Program-made: the position numbers and the translations under genes
The notes under the pieces: generated by a model
The model's database searches: none
What the model saw: only the letters and a program-made list of their open reading frames with translations
Told to the model about the DNA's origin: nothing
In this document: one piece after another, positions 28,160-37,490 of the stretch
How positions within the stretch are numbered: the stretch's first letter is position 1
Layout: each line of letters begins with the position of its first letter
Source of the DNA: Gemmatimonadaceae bacterium
GTDB lineage: Bacteria; Latescibacterota; UBA2968; UBA8231
Direction: 5' to 3'
Assembly (NCBI GenBank): GCA_026706075.1
Contig: JAPOZM010000040.1
Span: forward strand, 72,723-136,722
DNA length: 64,000 nt

Positions 28160-29629
28160 ATGGCGAAGAGGAAGACAGGGAAAGCGAAGGCCGCACCGAA
28201 GAGGAAGGCGGCCGGCAGGGCCCGGGCGGGAGTACCCGCGGGTGTCATCGAGCTGGGCGACCGGCGCGAGCTGTTCGTCGACGACTACCTGATCGAGCGG
28301 CTCACCAACGTCGAGCTGCGCCTGCAGAAGCCGGTGCCGCGGAACGTGGCCCTCGACCACGATGTGCCGTGGGAGGGCAACACCAGCGCCTACCACACGG
28401 TCTTCCAGGACGGCCGCCTGTTCCGCGCCTACTACCGGGGCTCTCACTACGACCGGGCCGGCTACAAACCGGTCGTGTGCTACGCCGAAAGCCGCGACGG
28501 CATCGAGTGGTACCGGCCGGAGCTGGGCCTGGTGAGCTACAAGGGCTCGACGCGCAACAACATCATCTGGGACGGCCCCGGCTCGCTCGATTTCACACCC
28601 TTCCGCGACACCAATCCGGACTGCCGCGAGGGAGAGGAGTACAAGGCCCTGGGCAGCCCGAGCGCGCGCAGCCGTGAGGAGCAGGCCCTCCTCGCCTTCA
28701 AGTCGCCGGACGGCGTGCACTGGAGCCTGCTGTCGGAGAAGCCGGTGATGGATCACACGGCGGGCACCAATGCCTTCGACTCGCAGAACCTGGCCTTCTA
28801 CGAGCCTCGCCGAGGCTGCTACGTCGAGTACCACCGCGACTCCATCTACCCCGGCGGCGTACGCTACCGCCAGATCATGACCTGCACGTCGACGGACTTC
28901 CGCCGCTGGACGAAGCCGCAGCTGCTCGACTACGGCGACGCGCCCCTCGAGCACCTCTACACCAACGCCGTGACGCCCTACTACCGGGCCCCGCACATCT
29001 ACATGGGCTTCCCCAAGCGCTTCATGCCGGACCGCCGCATGCCCGGCAACACGGTCGGAGGCGTATCGGACGGCCTGTTCATGACCAGCCGCGACGGCCT
29101 GCACTTCAAGCGCTGGGGAGAGGCCTTCGTGCCGCCCGGGCCGCAGCGCAGGCGTTGGGGGAGCCGCAACAACATGACGGCCTGGGGTATCCTGGAGACG
29201 GCCAGCGACCTTCCCACGGCGCCCAGGGAGCTGTCGATCTTCAGCGGCGAGGGATTCTTCGGCGGCGAGGCCACCCGGCTGCGGCGCTACACCCTGCGCC
29301 TGGACGGCTTCGTCTCGGCCAAGGCGCCGCTGAAGGGGGGCGAGCTGATCACGCGGCCCTTCACCTTCGACGGCGGGGCCCTGAGCCTGAACGCGGCCAC
29401 GTCCGCCGCCGGCTCGGTGCGCGTCGAGCTCCAGGACGGCGACGGCAAGGCGCTGAAGGGGTACGCCCTCCGCGACTGCGACGAGATCTACGGCGACTAC
29501 CTGGACCGCATCGTCACCTGGAAGGGCCTGGCCGACGTCCGCGGCCTGGCCGGCCAACCGGTGCGCCTGCGCTTCGCCCTCAGCGACGCCGACCTGTACA
29601 GCCTGCGGTTCACGCCGCTGCCCGTCTGA
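28160..29629 (+). CDS. Putative beta-propeller glycoside hydrolase-like protein with Lys/Ala-rich N-terminal tail
   Basis: GGAGAGG RBS; RELFVDDYLIE, CYAESRDGIEW.RPELGLV, SPDGVHW, FDSQN, SRDGLHF, LRLDGFVS and VRLRFALSDADLYSLRF. Confidence 0.78.
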   Translation: MAKRKTGKAKAAPKRKAAGRARAGVPAGVIELGDRRELFVDDYLIERLTNVELRLQKPVPRNVALDHDVPWEGNTSAYHTVFQDGRLFRAYYRGSHYDRAGYKPVVCYAESRDGIEWYRPELGLVSYKGSTRNNIIWDGPGSLDFTPFRDTNPDCREGEEYKALGSPSARSREEQALLAFKSPDGVHWSLLSEKPVMDHTAGTNAFDSQNLAFYEPRRGCYVEYHRDSIYPGGVRYRQIMTCTSTDFRRWTKPQLLDYGDAPLEHLYTNAVTPYYRAPHIYMGFPKRFMPDRRMPGNTVGGVSDGLFMTSRDGLHFKRWGEAFVPPGPQRRRWGSRNNMTAWGILETASDLPTAPRELSIFSGEGFFGGEATRLRRYTLRLDGFVSAKAPLKGGELITRPFTFDGGALSLNAATSAAGSVRVELQDGDGKALKGYALRDCDEIYGDYLDRIVTWKGLADVRGLAGQPVRLRFALSDADLYSLRFTPLPV

Positions 29630-29635
29630 GATCCG

Positions 29636-31015
29636 ATGCATCCACGCGACGGCCTGCAGGTCTTCTGCGACGACGCCATGCTGGCCCATACGGAGAACGT
29701 CTGGCGGTCGCTCCATCACCCGGTCAGAGACGAAGGCAATCCTGTGCTCGTACCCGACAGGGCCTGGGAGGGATACCTGGTCCTGCAGCCGGGGACGGTC
29801 GTCCACGACGAGCAGGACGGGTGCTTCAAGATGTGGTACAACGCCCAGCCGAGCCGGGACAAGCCGAATGCCGGGAAGAACCTCTGCTACGCCACCTCGA
29901 CGGACGGCGTCCACTGGGAGAAGCCGGAGCTGGGTCTCGTGGAGTTCGACGGATCGACGGCGAACAACATCCTCCTCCGCGGCGTGGAGTGGACGCACTG
30001 CGTCCTGAAGGACGAGGCGGAAGCGGACTCGGAGAGGCGCTACAAGCTGCTCTGGTGGCCGCCCGGGGGCGACGGAATCCACGCGGCTTTCTCCGAAGAC
30101 GGCATCCGCTGGCGGCCGTGGAAAGACAACCCGATCGTCCCCCGCCGGGCGACGGGCGACACCTTCAGCTTCATGCGCGATCCGGCGTCGGGCGAGTACT
30201 GGCTGTACCACAAGACGCGGACGCCGGCCCGGCCGCTCCGCATGGTCTCGCGCATGGTGAGCGACGACTTCGTGCACTGGGGGCCAACCCGCCGCCTGCT
30301 GGCTCCCGACGCCTTCGACCCGCCCGATACCCAGTTCTACGGGTTGTCCACCTTTCCCTTCGCGGGCCAGTACCTGGGCGTTCTGTGGGTGTATCACACG
30401 TACCCGCAGACACTGGACATGCAGCTGGTCTCCAGCCGCGACGGGTCGCGCTGGGACCGCACGGCCGACCGCAAGCTGTTCATGCACCTGGTACCGACCA
30501 ACGAGTACCGGGGCGGCGCCTTCGACTGCATGCAGATCTACCCCGTCTCGGCGCCGGTGGAGAAGGACGGTCGGCTCTGGCTCTACTATTCCGGGTTCAA
30601 GGTGCCCCACAACACCCTGGCCGCCGACCAGGATGGGCGCATCGGTCTGGCCACCCTTCGCCTGGACGGCTTCTGCTCCCTGGATGCCACAAGCCCGGGA
30701 CACGCTCTCACCCGTCCCTTCACCTGGAACGGGGACCAACTGCGGCTGAACGCGGTCACCAGCGATCCGACCCCCGGGGCCCCTGGAGACGGCAGCGGCG
30801 GGATCACCGTGCAGATCGAGGATGAACAGGGGCGGGTCATCCCCGGGCTCGCCGCCGGGCAATGCACTCCCTTTCGCGGCGACGAGACGGGGGCCCTCGT
30901 GGATTGGGGCGGGCGCAGCGACCTGGGCGGGCTCATGGGGCGCACCGTGCAGCTGCGCTTCATCGTCGAGGATGTGAACTTCCATTCCTTCCGAGTCTGC
31001 CGCCGCCAGGGGTGA
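29636..31015 (+). CDS. Putative beta-propeller glycoside hydrolase-like protein
   Basis: QVFCDD, NPVL.PD..WEG, CYATSTDGVHWEKPELGLV, QFYG, QLVSSRDG..W, LYYSG and IGLATLRLDGF. Confidence 0.78.
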   Translation: MHPRDGLQVFCDDAMLAHTENVWRSLHHPVRDEGNPVLVPDRAWEGYLVLQPGTVVHDEQDGCFKMWYNAQPSRDKPNAGKNLCYATSTDGVHWEKPELGLVEFDGSTANNILLRGVEWTHCVLKDEAEADSERRYKLLWWPPGGDGIHAAFSEDGIRWRPWKDNPIVPRRATGDTFSFMRDPASGEYWLYHKTRTPARPLRMVSRMVSDDFVHWGPTRRLLAPDAFDPPDTQFYGLSTFPFAGQYLGVLWVYHTYPQTLDMQLVSSRDGSRWDRTADRKLFMHLVPTNEYRGGAFDCMQIYPVSAPVEKDGRLWLYYSGFKVPHNTLAADQDGRIGLATLRLDGFCSLDATSPGHALTRPFTWNGDQLRLNAVTSDPTPGAPGDGSGGITVQIEDEQGRVIPGLAAGQCTPFRGDETGALVDWGGRSDLGGLMGRTVQLRFIVEDVNFHSFRVCRRQG

Positions 31016-31048
31016 AATTCCACGTCTCTCGGGGCGGGTTTCCGGTGC

Positions 31049-31078
31049 TTGACGCCCCCCGACGGGGCTCCTTAAGGT
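31049..31078 (+). promoter_or_regulatory. Putative sigma70-type promoter of the FlgD-Ig/outer-membrane operon
   Basis: TTGACG-N18-TAAGGT, 40 nt upstream of ATG 31119. Confidence 0.4.
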
Positions 31079-31118
31079 ATCGGCGCCCACCGGTTTCCCT
31101 CCGTGGAGAGGCGCATCC

Positions 31119-33068
31119 ATGCGCTGGTCCCTGCTCTTCTGCATCATCGCCGGTCTGCTCGCAAGGGACGCCTCGGGTGTAACCCTCATCCGGATCGGCC
31201 AGGCCCTCACCGCGGCCGAGCGGGACAGCCTCGACAACCTCGGCATCGAGGTCCTCCACGTCCCCTGGGCGGCCTCGCACGTGCTGGATCAGATCGACGC
31301 GGACTCCCTTCAGGCCGACATGCTCGTGCCGAAGTTCCTCGGCGACGACGAGGACCTCGCTGCCACACTCCTGGAACGGGGAGGAAGGGTCTGGGTCGAC
31401 CACAACATCGGGGTAGGAGGTGAGAACACCCTCGTCGGGCAGGTCCTCATCGACCAGGATTCCACAACCGCCTACATCTGGCAGGAGATCGAGCCGAGCC
31501 GGTTCGGATTGAGGGGGTGGTGGGGGAAGATCACCTTCGATCTCGGCGGGCGGTTTCTGATCAAGGAGGTGCGGTTCCGGCCTCTCCCGGGCCGGTCCGA
31601 CCACTACCTGGACACCTTCTCCCTCGGCGTCAGCGACCTGGTCTTCAACACCTACCGGATCCCGTGGTTCTACCGGGAGCGGTGCGGCCCCCCTTGCGGC
31701 GAGCAGGGGGTCTTCTCCATCAAGGAGAACTCCGATCACGACATGAGCATCGTGCTGGACCCGCCGGTGACGACCGAGGCCATCCAGATACTCGTCGTCC
31801 GCACCTCACCGAGGGAGATCGGACTGGCCGACTTCGAGGTCTACGGCGGCGGCTACGTGACCCAGGCCGCGTACGAGTCGGAGGTCGTCGAGATGCCGGA
31901 CATCGCCAGCTGGGGGGAGATCCGCTGGTCGGGCCGGCAGGATCCCCGGGCCCGCGTCCAGATCCGCTCGCGGCTGGGCACCGATCGGCACCCGGAGATC
32001 TACTGGGAGTTCCGTCCCGATCTGCTCGACAGGGTCGCATTCCTCGGCGGCGGCGGCGATCTCAGCGTGACCGAGTACAAGGCCCAGTACGACAAGCTGG
32101 CGGGACATCTCAAGCCGCAGGACGAGGACGATCATGTGAGCGTCGACATCGAGAACTGGAGCCACTGGTCCCGCATCTACGCCTTCGACCAACCAGGTGT
32201 CGAGATCGTGTCGCCGGGGCCCCGGCAGTACTTCCAGGTCCGGGTGGACTTCTCGTCGAGCACGGCCGAAGACGGGGGCCGGATCGACTTCATCGAGGCC
32301 ATGGCATCGCGACCGATGGCCCGCGAGCTGGTGGCGGAGATCTTCCCGGTGACGACCCGCGTCGGCGAGGTCACTCCCTTCACCTACTACGTGAAGCCGA
32401 CGATCCGCGCTGGCGACGGCGGCTTCGACGGCATCGAGATCTCGACCCCCTTCCGGGTCGTCTCGGTCGACTCGCTGCGCATCGACGCGGTGGAGGAGCC
32501 CTTCACGTGGGACCGGACCGAGGAGGGCTTCGAGGTCTATCTGCCGCGGCGCCTGGAGTCGACCGACAGCGGGGCTGTCGTGGAGGTGGTCTTCAGGACC
32601 TCCGTGCTGCGCGAGGTGAGCACCCCCTTCGCCGGCCGGATCTTCGACACCGAAAGGCCGCGGGAGGTGCGCCAGCAGGTGAGTGCCGGCGACGCCCTCG
32701 CCGAGGTCGACAGCGACCAGTTGACCGTGCAGGCCCCCTTGAGCGCCTCGTTGCTGTTCTCGCCCCTCTTCGAGCCGAACCCGTTCACGCCCAATGGCGA
32801 CGGGGTCAACGATGTCGTCCGGATTTCCTACAAGCTGCTGCGCCTGACCACGGCGGTTCCGGTCACGATCGCCATCCACGATCTGTCGGGCCGCCTCGTA
32901 AAGCGGGTCTACTCGGGGGACGATCCCCTGGGAGAGTACGGCCGTACGTGGGATGGACGGGACGGGGCGGACCGGCTCGTCCCCCCCGGCCTGTACCTGT
33001 GTCGGATCGAGGCGGACCTGGAGTCGAATCGGGAGACGGCCCTCGGCGTCCTCTCCGTAGCCTACTGA
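31119..33068 (+). CDS. Secreted protein, discoidin-like + Ig-like, with C-terminal 'PNPFTPNGDG'/FlgD-Ig domain (paralog 1)
   Basis: Signal peptide; FDLGGRF.IKEVRF.P, WSHWS, SPGPRQYFQ, PNPFTPNGDGVND and WDGRD...VPPGLY; ends VAY. Confidence 0.8.
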   Translation: MRWSLLFCIIAGLLARDASGVTLIRIGQALTAAERDSLDNLGIEVLHVPWAASHVLDQIDADSLQADMLVPKFLGDDEDLAATLLERGGRVWVDHNIGVGGENTLVGQVLIDQDSTTAYIWQEIEPSRFGLRGWWGKITFDLGGRFLIKEVRFRPLPGRSDHYLDTFSLGVSDLVFNTYRIPWFYRERCGPPCGEQGVFSIKENSDHDMSIVLDPPVTTEAIQILVVRTSPREIGLADFEVYGGGYVTQAAYESEVVEMPDIASWGEIRWSGRQDPRARVQIRSRLGTDRHPEIYWEFRPDLLDRVAFLGGGGDLSVTEYKAQYDKLAGHLKPQDEDDHVSVDIENWSHWSRIYAFDQPGVEIVSPGPRQYFQVRVDFSSSTAEDGGRIDFIEAMASRPMARELVAEIFPVTTRVGEVTPFTYYVKPTIRAGDGGFDGIEISTPFRVVSVDSLRIDAVEEPFTWDRTEEGFEVYLPRRLESTDSGAVVEVVFRTSVLREVSTPFAGRIFDTERPREVRQQVSAGDALAEVDSDQLTVQAPLSASLLFSPLFEPNPFTPNGDGVNDVVRISYKLLRLTTAVPVTIAIHDLSGRLVKRVYSGDDPLGEYGRTWDGRDGADRLVPPGLYLCRIEADLESNRETALGVLSVAY

Positions 33069-33069
33069 C

Positions 33070-35751
33070 ATGATTGTGCACCGGAGGCCACGGTGGCTCG
33101 CGAGTCCGGGGTCGGTCCTGGCCGGGGTCCTGGTCCTGGCGTGGTCGGCGCCGGGTTGGGGGCAGCAGGGATACAGGCGAGAGGCGAGCCGGGTCGTCAT
33201 CGACGGGCCCACGCACTGGGAGCATTGGCAGTCGTCCACGGCCGAGATCACCGATGCGGGGGTGCGGCCCGGCTTCGTCCGCAAGAGCACCAGGACGGAG
33301 ATCGACGGCCGGGAGGTCGTGGTGCCCGGCGTCAACGCGGTCCTCGACGCGGCCGACTTCGGAGGCGGCGTCAGGGCCGCGGGCTCGGGTGAGGCGAGCG
33401 CCGCGGCCCTGATGGACGGTCGTCTGGACACGTACTGGGAGCCGGACCCGGACGCCCCCGTGCGCGACTGGTGGGTCCAGCTGGACCTGGGCCGGACGGT
33501 CTCGGCCACGCGGATCGTCCTCAGGTTCGTCGACGCCGAGCTGGGCGATCCCTTCCTCCACTTCAAGGTCACCACCTCGCAGGGAGAGCTCAGTCTCGGC
33601 CTGCCGATCTTCCGGACGCGCTACACGACCAACACGCCGGTCAAGGGCCAGCGCGTCTTCGAGATCGACCTGAGGACCCAGTCGCCGACCAAGTGGCCCG
33701 TGGTCTACGGCGATTTCACGGGCGACGTCATCAATCTCGTCGGCATCCAGGCCACGGCCAGCGACTTCGGCAAGGCCCGGCAGGTCTCCGAGTCCGATTA
33801 CCAGGGCCTCCCGCCCGACCAGCAGGGGGACATCGAGTACTACCGGCTGGACGGCCGGGGCCAGCGCCGGCTCCTGGGCGGCAAGGAGGACTGGGACTCC
33901 CTGGAGGGCACCGACCGGCAGGGGCCGGTGGTCCACTACCGCCGCGAGCGGCCCCGGCTCGCCGAGGTCGAGGTGTGGGCCATCGGCGACAACATCGGCC
34001 CGGGCGTGCTGGAGCGCGGGGGCACGCTGACCAGCGTCGACGACACCGGGGCCGAGCCCGCCGTCGTCGACGGCCACTTCTTCGGCGAGCTGGCCCTGTG
34101 GAGCGCCCTCGGCGGCTTCAACCCGGACCAGGCCTCGGTCTTCCAGTCGCAGGACCTGGAGCGCCAGCTGCTCATCGACCTGGGGGGCGCCTTCTTCCTC
34201 GACAACGTCCGGATCCTGCAGAGAAACCAGGGGTTCGGGCACGTCAAGGCCTTCCCCGACTACCGGATCCAGCTCTCCGACGGCTCGAGGGTGGCCGGCG
34301 GCAGCCTCGCCTGGAAGACGGTCGGCGCCGCCGCGAACCTCGACAACAGCCACGAGCCGACCAGCCACACCTACAACGACTTCAAGTTCCCCCTCACCAA
34401 GGCCAAGTACTTCGCCTTCACCTACCCCCTGATCCCAAAGCCTGCGGACTCGGGCACGCTCTCCTTCGGCCTGTCGGAGATCCAGTTCTTCGGGGAGGGC
34501 TTCATGCCCGAGGTGGAGATCGTCTCCGTCTTTGACAGCGACATCCCCTTCATCGAGCTCGGCAGCCGCGCCCAGAACCTGACCACCATCGAATGGGACG
34601 CCGATCTGCCGCCGGGCACCGGTCTCGCCTTGCAGACGCGCACGGGCGACACCTTTCTGGAGCTGACCCAATACCTGAAGAAGAACGGAGAGCCGTACCC
34701 GGGAACGGAGGAGGAGGCGAAAGAGGCCTGGGAGGAGCAGAAGAAATTCTTCGGCGACACCGCCGTGGGGCCCATCGTCACCGAGAAGCTCCCCGGCAGC
34801 GACTGGAGCGGCTGGAGCCAGCTGTACGAGCGATCGGGCGACCCCTTCACCTCGCCCAGTCCGCGGCGCTACGTCGCCATCCGCGCCATCCTCCTCACAG
34901 ACGAGCCGATGGCGGCAGCCACCCTGCGCTCGGTGGCGCTGAACTTCGCGCGCCCCGTGGCCAGCAGCCTGATCGCCGAGGTCCTGCCCGCCCGCCTCGA
35001 GGAGATCGGCAGGCCGCAGGCCTTTTCCTACCTCCTCCGCTCGACCTTCGAGGGAGGCAGCCGGGGTTTCGACGAACTCCTCCTCGAGGGCCCGGCGGGA
35101 CTGGAGATGGACCTTCAGCGGGTCGTCGTCGAGGCCGGCGAGGAACCGGCCCTCACCTACGAAGCCGGCGACGAGCAGCTCGAGGTGTTGAAGGACGGCT
35201 CCGACTCCCTGTGGGTCCGCCTGCCGGAGCCGATCGAGCCGGAAGCAGGCGTGGCGCGGGTCGAGGTGCAGTTCGAATGCACCCCGTACACCTACAACAG
35301 CTACTTCAACGGCTCCGTCGGGCATTCCGCTTTCCCCGGCTCCTGGCAGCGGGTCGAGGATGGAGACGCCAACGGGATCACGGACAGCGAGACGACGATC
35401 GTCCTGGGACTGCAACCCGGCGACGTGCTGGGCGCGGTAGAGCTGTCGAGTCCGGTCGTCACCCCCAACGGCGACGGCTCCAACGACGACCTGTCGGCCC
35501 GTTTCTCGCTGACTCGCATCAGCAGTCCGGCACCGGCCACGGTGGCGGTTTTCGACCTGGGCGGCCGGCTCGTGACCACGCTGTGGGACGAGCCCCTCCC
35601 GGCCGGCGATCACACCGTCGCCTGGAAGGGCCTCGACGCGGCCGGCGCGCCCGTACCGCCGGGGATCTACCTGCTGCGGGTCGTCGTCGATCTCGACTCC
35701 GATGCCGGCGGCAGCACCCGGGCCCTGCGGCCCGTGCATGTCGCCTACTGA
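33070..35751 (+). CDS. Secreted protein, two discoidin-like domains + Ig-like, with C-terminal TPNGDG/FlgD-Ig domain (paralog 2)
   Basis: Signal peptide; DG..DTYW, QLDLGR, IDLGGAF, WSGWS, SPSPRRY, VTPNGDGSND and VPPGIY; ends VAY. Confidence 0.8.
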   Translation: MIVHRRPRWLASPGSVLAGVLVLAWSAPGWGQQGYRREASRVVIDGPTHWEHWQSSTAEITDAGVRPGFVRKSTRTEIDGREVVVPGVNAVLDAADFGGGVRAAGSGEASAAALMDGRLDTYWEPDPDAPVRDWWVQLDLGRTVSATRIVLRFVDAELGDPFLHFKVTTSQGELSLGLPIFRTRYTTNTPVKGQRVFEIDLRTQSPTKWPVVYGDFTGDVINLVGIQATASDFGKARQVSESDYQGLPPDQQGDIEYYRLDGRGQRRLLGGKEDWDSLEGTDRQGPVVHYRRERPRLAEVEVWAIGDNIGPGVLERGGTLTSVDDTGAEPAVVDGHFFGELALWSALGGFNPDQASVFQSQDLERQLLIDLGGAFFLDNVRILQRNQGFGHVKAFPDYRIQLSDGSRVAGGSLAWKTVGAAANLDNSHEPTSHTYNDFKFPLTKAKYFAFTYPLIPKPADSGTLSFGLSEIQFFGEGFMPEVEIVSVFDSDIPFIELGSRAQNLTTIEWDADLPPGTGLALQTRTGDTFLELTQYLKKNGEPYPGTEEEAKEAWEEQKKFFGDTAVGPIVTEKLPGSDWSGWSQLYERSGDPFTSPSPRRYVAIRAILLTDEPMAAATLRSVALNFARPVASSLIAEVLPARLEEIGRPQAFSYLLRSTFEGGSRGFDELLLEGPAGLEMDLQRVVVEAGEEPALTYEAGDEQLEVLKDGSDSLWVRLPEPIEPEAGVARVEVQFECTPYTYNSYFNGSVGHSAFPGSWQRVEDGDANGITDSETTIVLGLQPGDVLGAVELSSPVVTPNGDGSNDDLSARFSLTRISSPAPATVAVFDLGGRLVTTLWDEPLPAGDHTVAWKGLDAAGAPVPPGIYLLRVVVDLDSDAGGSTRALRPVHVAY

Positions 35752-37454
35752 TGCCGGCGCCCATCATGGCCGTCATCTGCGCCCTCGCCTTCGTGCTCGC
35801 GGCGGTACCCGCCGCCGGCGAGCGGATCGTCATCGGCGGGGAGGGCCCGGGCTCGCGGAGCTGGAGCGAGAGCCACTCGGTGCTCTCCGTCATCGACTTC
35901 GACACGGAGCCCGGCTTCATCCAGCCGGCCCGGCACGGTCCCGAGGACAACATCGCCCTGAAGCTGCTCGAGAGCGGCGGCGCGATCACCTCGCCGAATG
36001 CGCGGGTGGTCCTCGAGATCCTGCAGAGCGATCTGGACGAGTTGCTGGACAACATGGTGGACGGCGGCAACGAGGCTTTCGTGATCCCGGGGGTGGAAAT
36101 GAGAGGGGTCATCTTCCGGATCGACCTGGGGGAGCGCTTCGGGGTCAACCGGATCCGGTTCTACCCGCGCGAGGGTTTCGAGTTCCTGCGGGGCTACCGG
36201 CTGTCGCTGAACGACGGCAGCGAGGAGCAGACAACCCTCGGGGGGGAGCCGAAGATGAGGCTCTTCGCCGCCGAGGAGCGCAACCTGGACCCCGTCGTCG
36301 ACATCCCGGTCCCGTTGCAGTACGTGCGCTTCATCGAGTTGCAGCAACTCGTGAGGGGGGCGTGGGAGATCGACGAGTTCGAGGTCTTCGGCGAAGGCTT
36401 CCCCTCGCAGGCCTCGTATCTCTCCACGGCCTTCGACCAGGGAGAGCCCGCCGTCTTCGGGAGCCTGGTGTGGTCCCCGGATTTCATCGGCGAGCCGACG
36501 AAGGTCTCGGCCACGGTCAGGACCCGCAGCGGCACGTCGCCGGATCCCGGCGACACCCTCGCCTGGAGCGGCTGGTCGCCGCCCTACCCGGCCGGGGTGC
36601 CCACGGCCGTCGCCTCACCGGCACCCCGCCGATACTGGCAGTTCCTCGTCCAGCTCCGGAGCACGGAGATCCTCTCGGCGGCGCTGGTCGACTCCATCGC
36701 CGTCGAGGTCTCCCCCGCCCTGGCCGATTCCCTGGTGGCGGAGGTCTGGCCCCAGGAGGCCCGGATCGGGGAGACGACCGAGCTGACCTACTGGGTGCGA
36801 AGCTACAACAGCCGCGGTTTCGATCAGCTCGACATCGATACCCAGGCGCCGGTGCAGGTTGTCCGGTCGGTCCGGATCGACGGCAGCGAGGTGGCGTGGG
36901 AAAGGACTGACATCGACGGCGGCCTCCGGCTCGGCTTCCCCAGGATCACGGGCGACCGGGTCCTGCGCGTCGTCTTCGAGGGCGTGGCCCTGGGATACAA
37001 GACCGTCTTCATCGGCAGGGTCTCCGACAGCCGGAGACCGCAGGACCAGCCGCAGACGCTCGTAGAGGGCGACGCGGCCCCCGACCCCGTCGCCGAGGGC
37101 GACGACCTGTCCGTCACGACCCGGTTCGCCGGAGACCTCATCCGGGCCGTCGAGGTCGACCCTTCGCCCTTCTCGCCCAACGGCGACGGGGTCAACGACG
37201 AGGCCACGATCACCTACGACATCGTCAATCTGACGGACGGCGTCCCCGTCTCGGCCGTCGTCTTCGACCTGGGGGGCCGAAGCCGGCGAGTGCTCTACTC
37301 CGGCCTCCACGGCAGCGGCCGCTTCGGGAGGGCCTGGGACGGGACCGACGACGCCGGGCGCAGGTTGCCGCCGGGCCTGTACGTGGTGCGCGTGGAGATC
37401 GATGCGGACACGGGGACCGAGAGCCGGATGGCGATCGTGCCCGTCGCCTACTGA
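35751..37454 (+). CDS. Secreted protein, discoidin-like + Ig-like, with C-terminal PFSPNGDG/FlgD-Ig domain (paralog 3)
   Basis: ATG overlaps the preceding stop (TGATG); IDLGERFGVNRIRFYPR, EFEVFGEGF, WSGWS, SPAPRRY, PFSPNGDGVND and LPPGLY; ends VAY. Confidence 0.8.
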   Translation: MPAPIMAVICALAFVLAAVPAAGERIVIGGEGPGSRSWSESHSVLSVIDFDTEPGFIQPARHGPEDNIALKLLESGGAITSPNARVVLEILQSDLDELLDNMVDGGNEAFVIPGVEMRGVIFRIDLGERFGVNRIRFYPREGFEFLRGYRLSLNDGSEEQTTLGGEPKMRLFAAEERNLDPVVDIPVPLQYVRFIELQQLVRGAWEIDEFEVFGEGFPSQASYLSTAFDQGEPAVFGSLVWSPDFIGEPTKVSATVRTRSGTSPDPGDTLAWSGWSPPYPAGVPTAVASPAPRRYWQFLVQLRSTEILSAALVDSIAVEVSPALADSLVAEVWPQEARIGETTELTYWVRSYNSRGFDQLDIDTQAPVQVVRSVRIDGSEVAWERTDIDGGLRLGFPRITGDRVLRVVFEGVALGYKTVFIGRVSDSRRPQDQPQTLVEGDAAPDPVAEGDDLSVTTRFAGDLIRAVEVDPSPFSPNGDGVNDEATITYDIVNLTDGVPVSAVVFDLGGRSRRVLYSGLHGSGRFGRAWDGTDDAGRRLPPGLYVVRVEIDADTGTESRMAIVPVAY

Positions 37455-37490
37455 ACCATCACTCGAAGAGAAGCAGAGGGGATCCCGATT

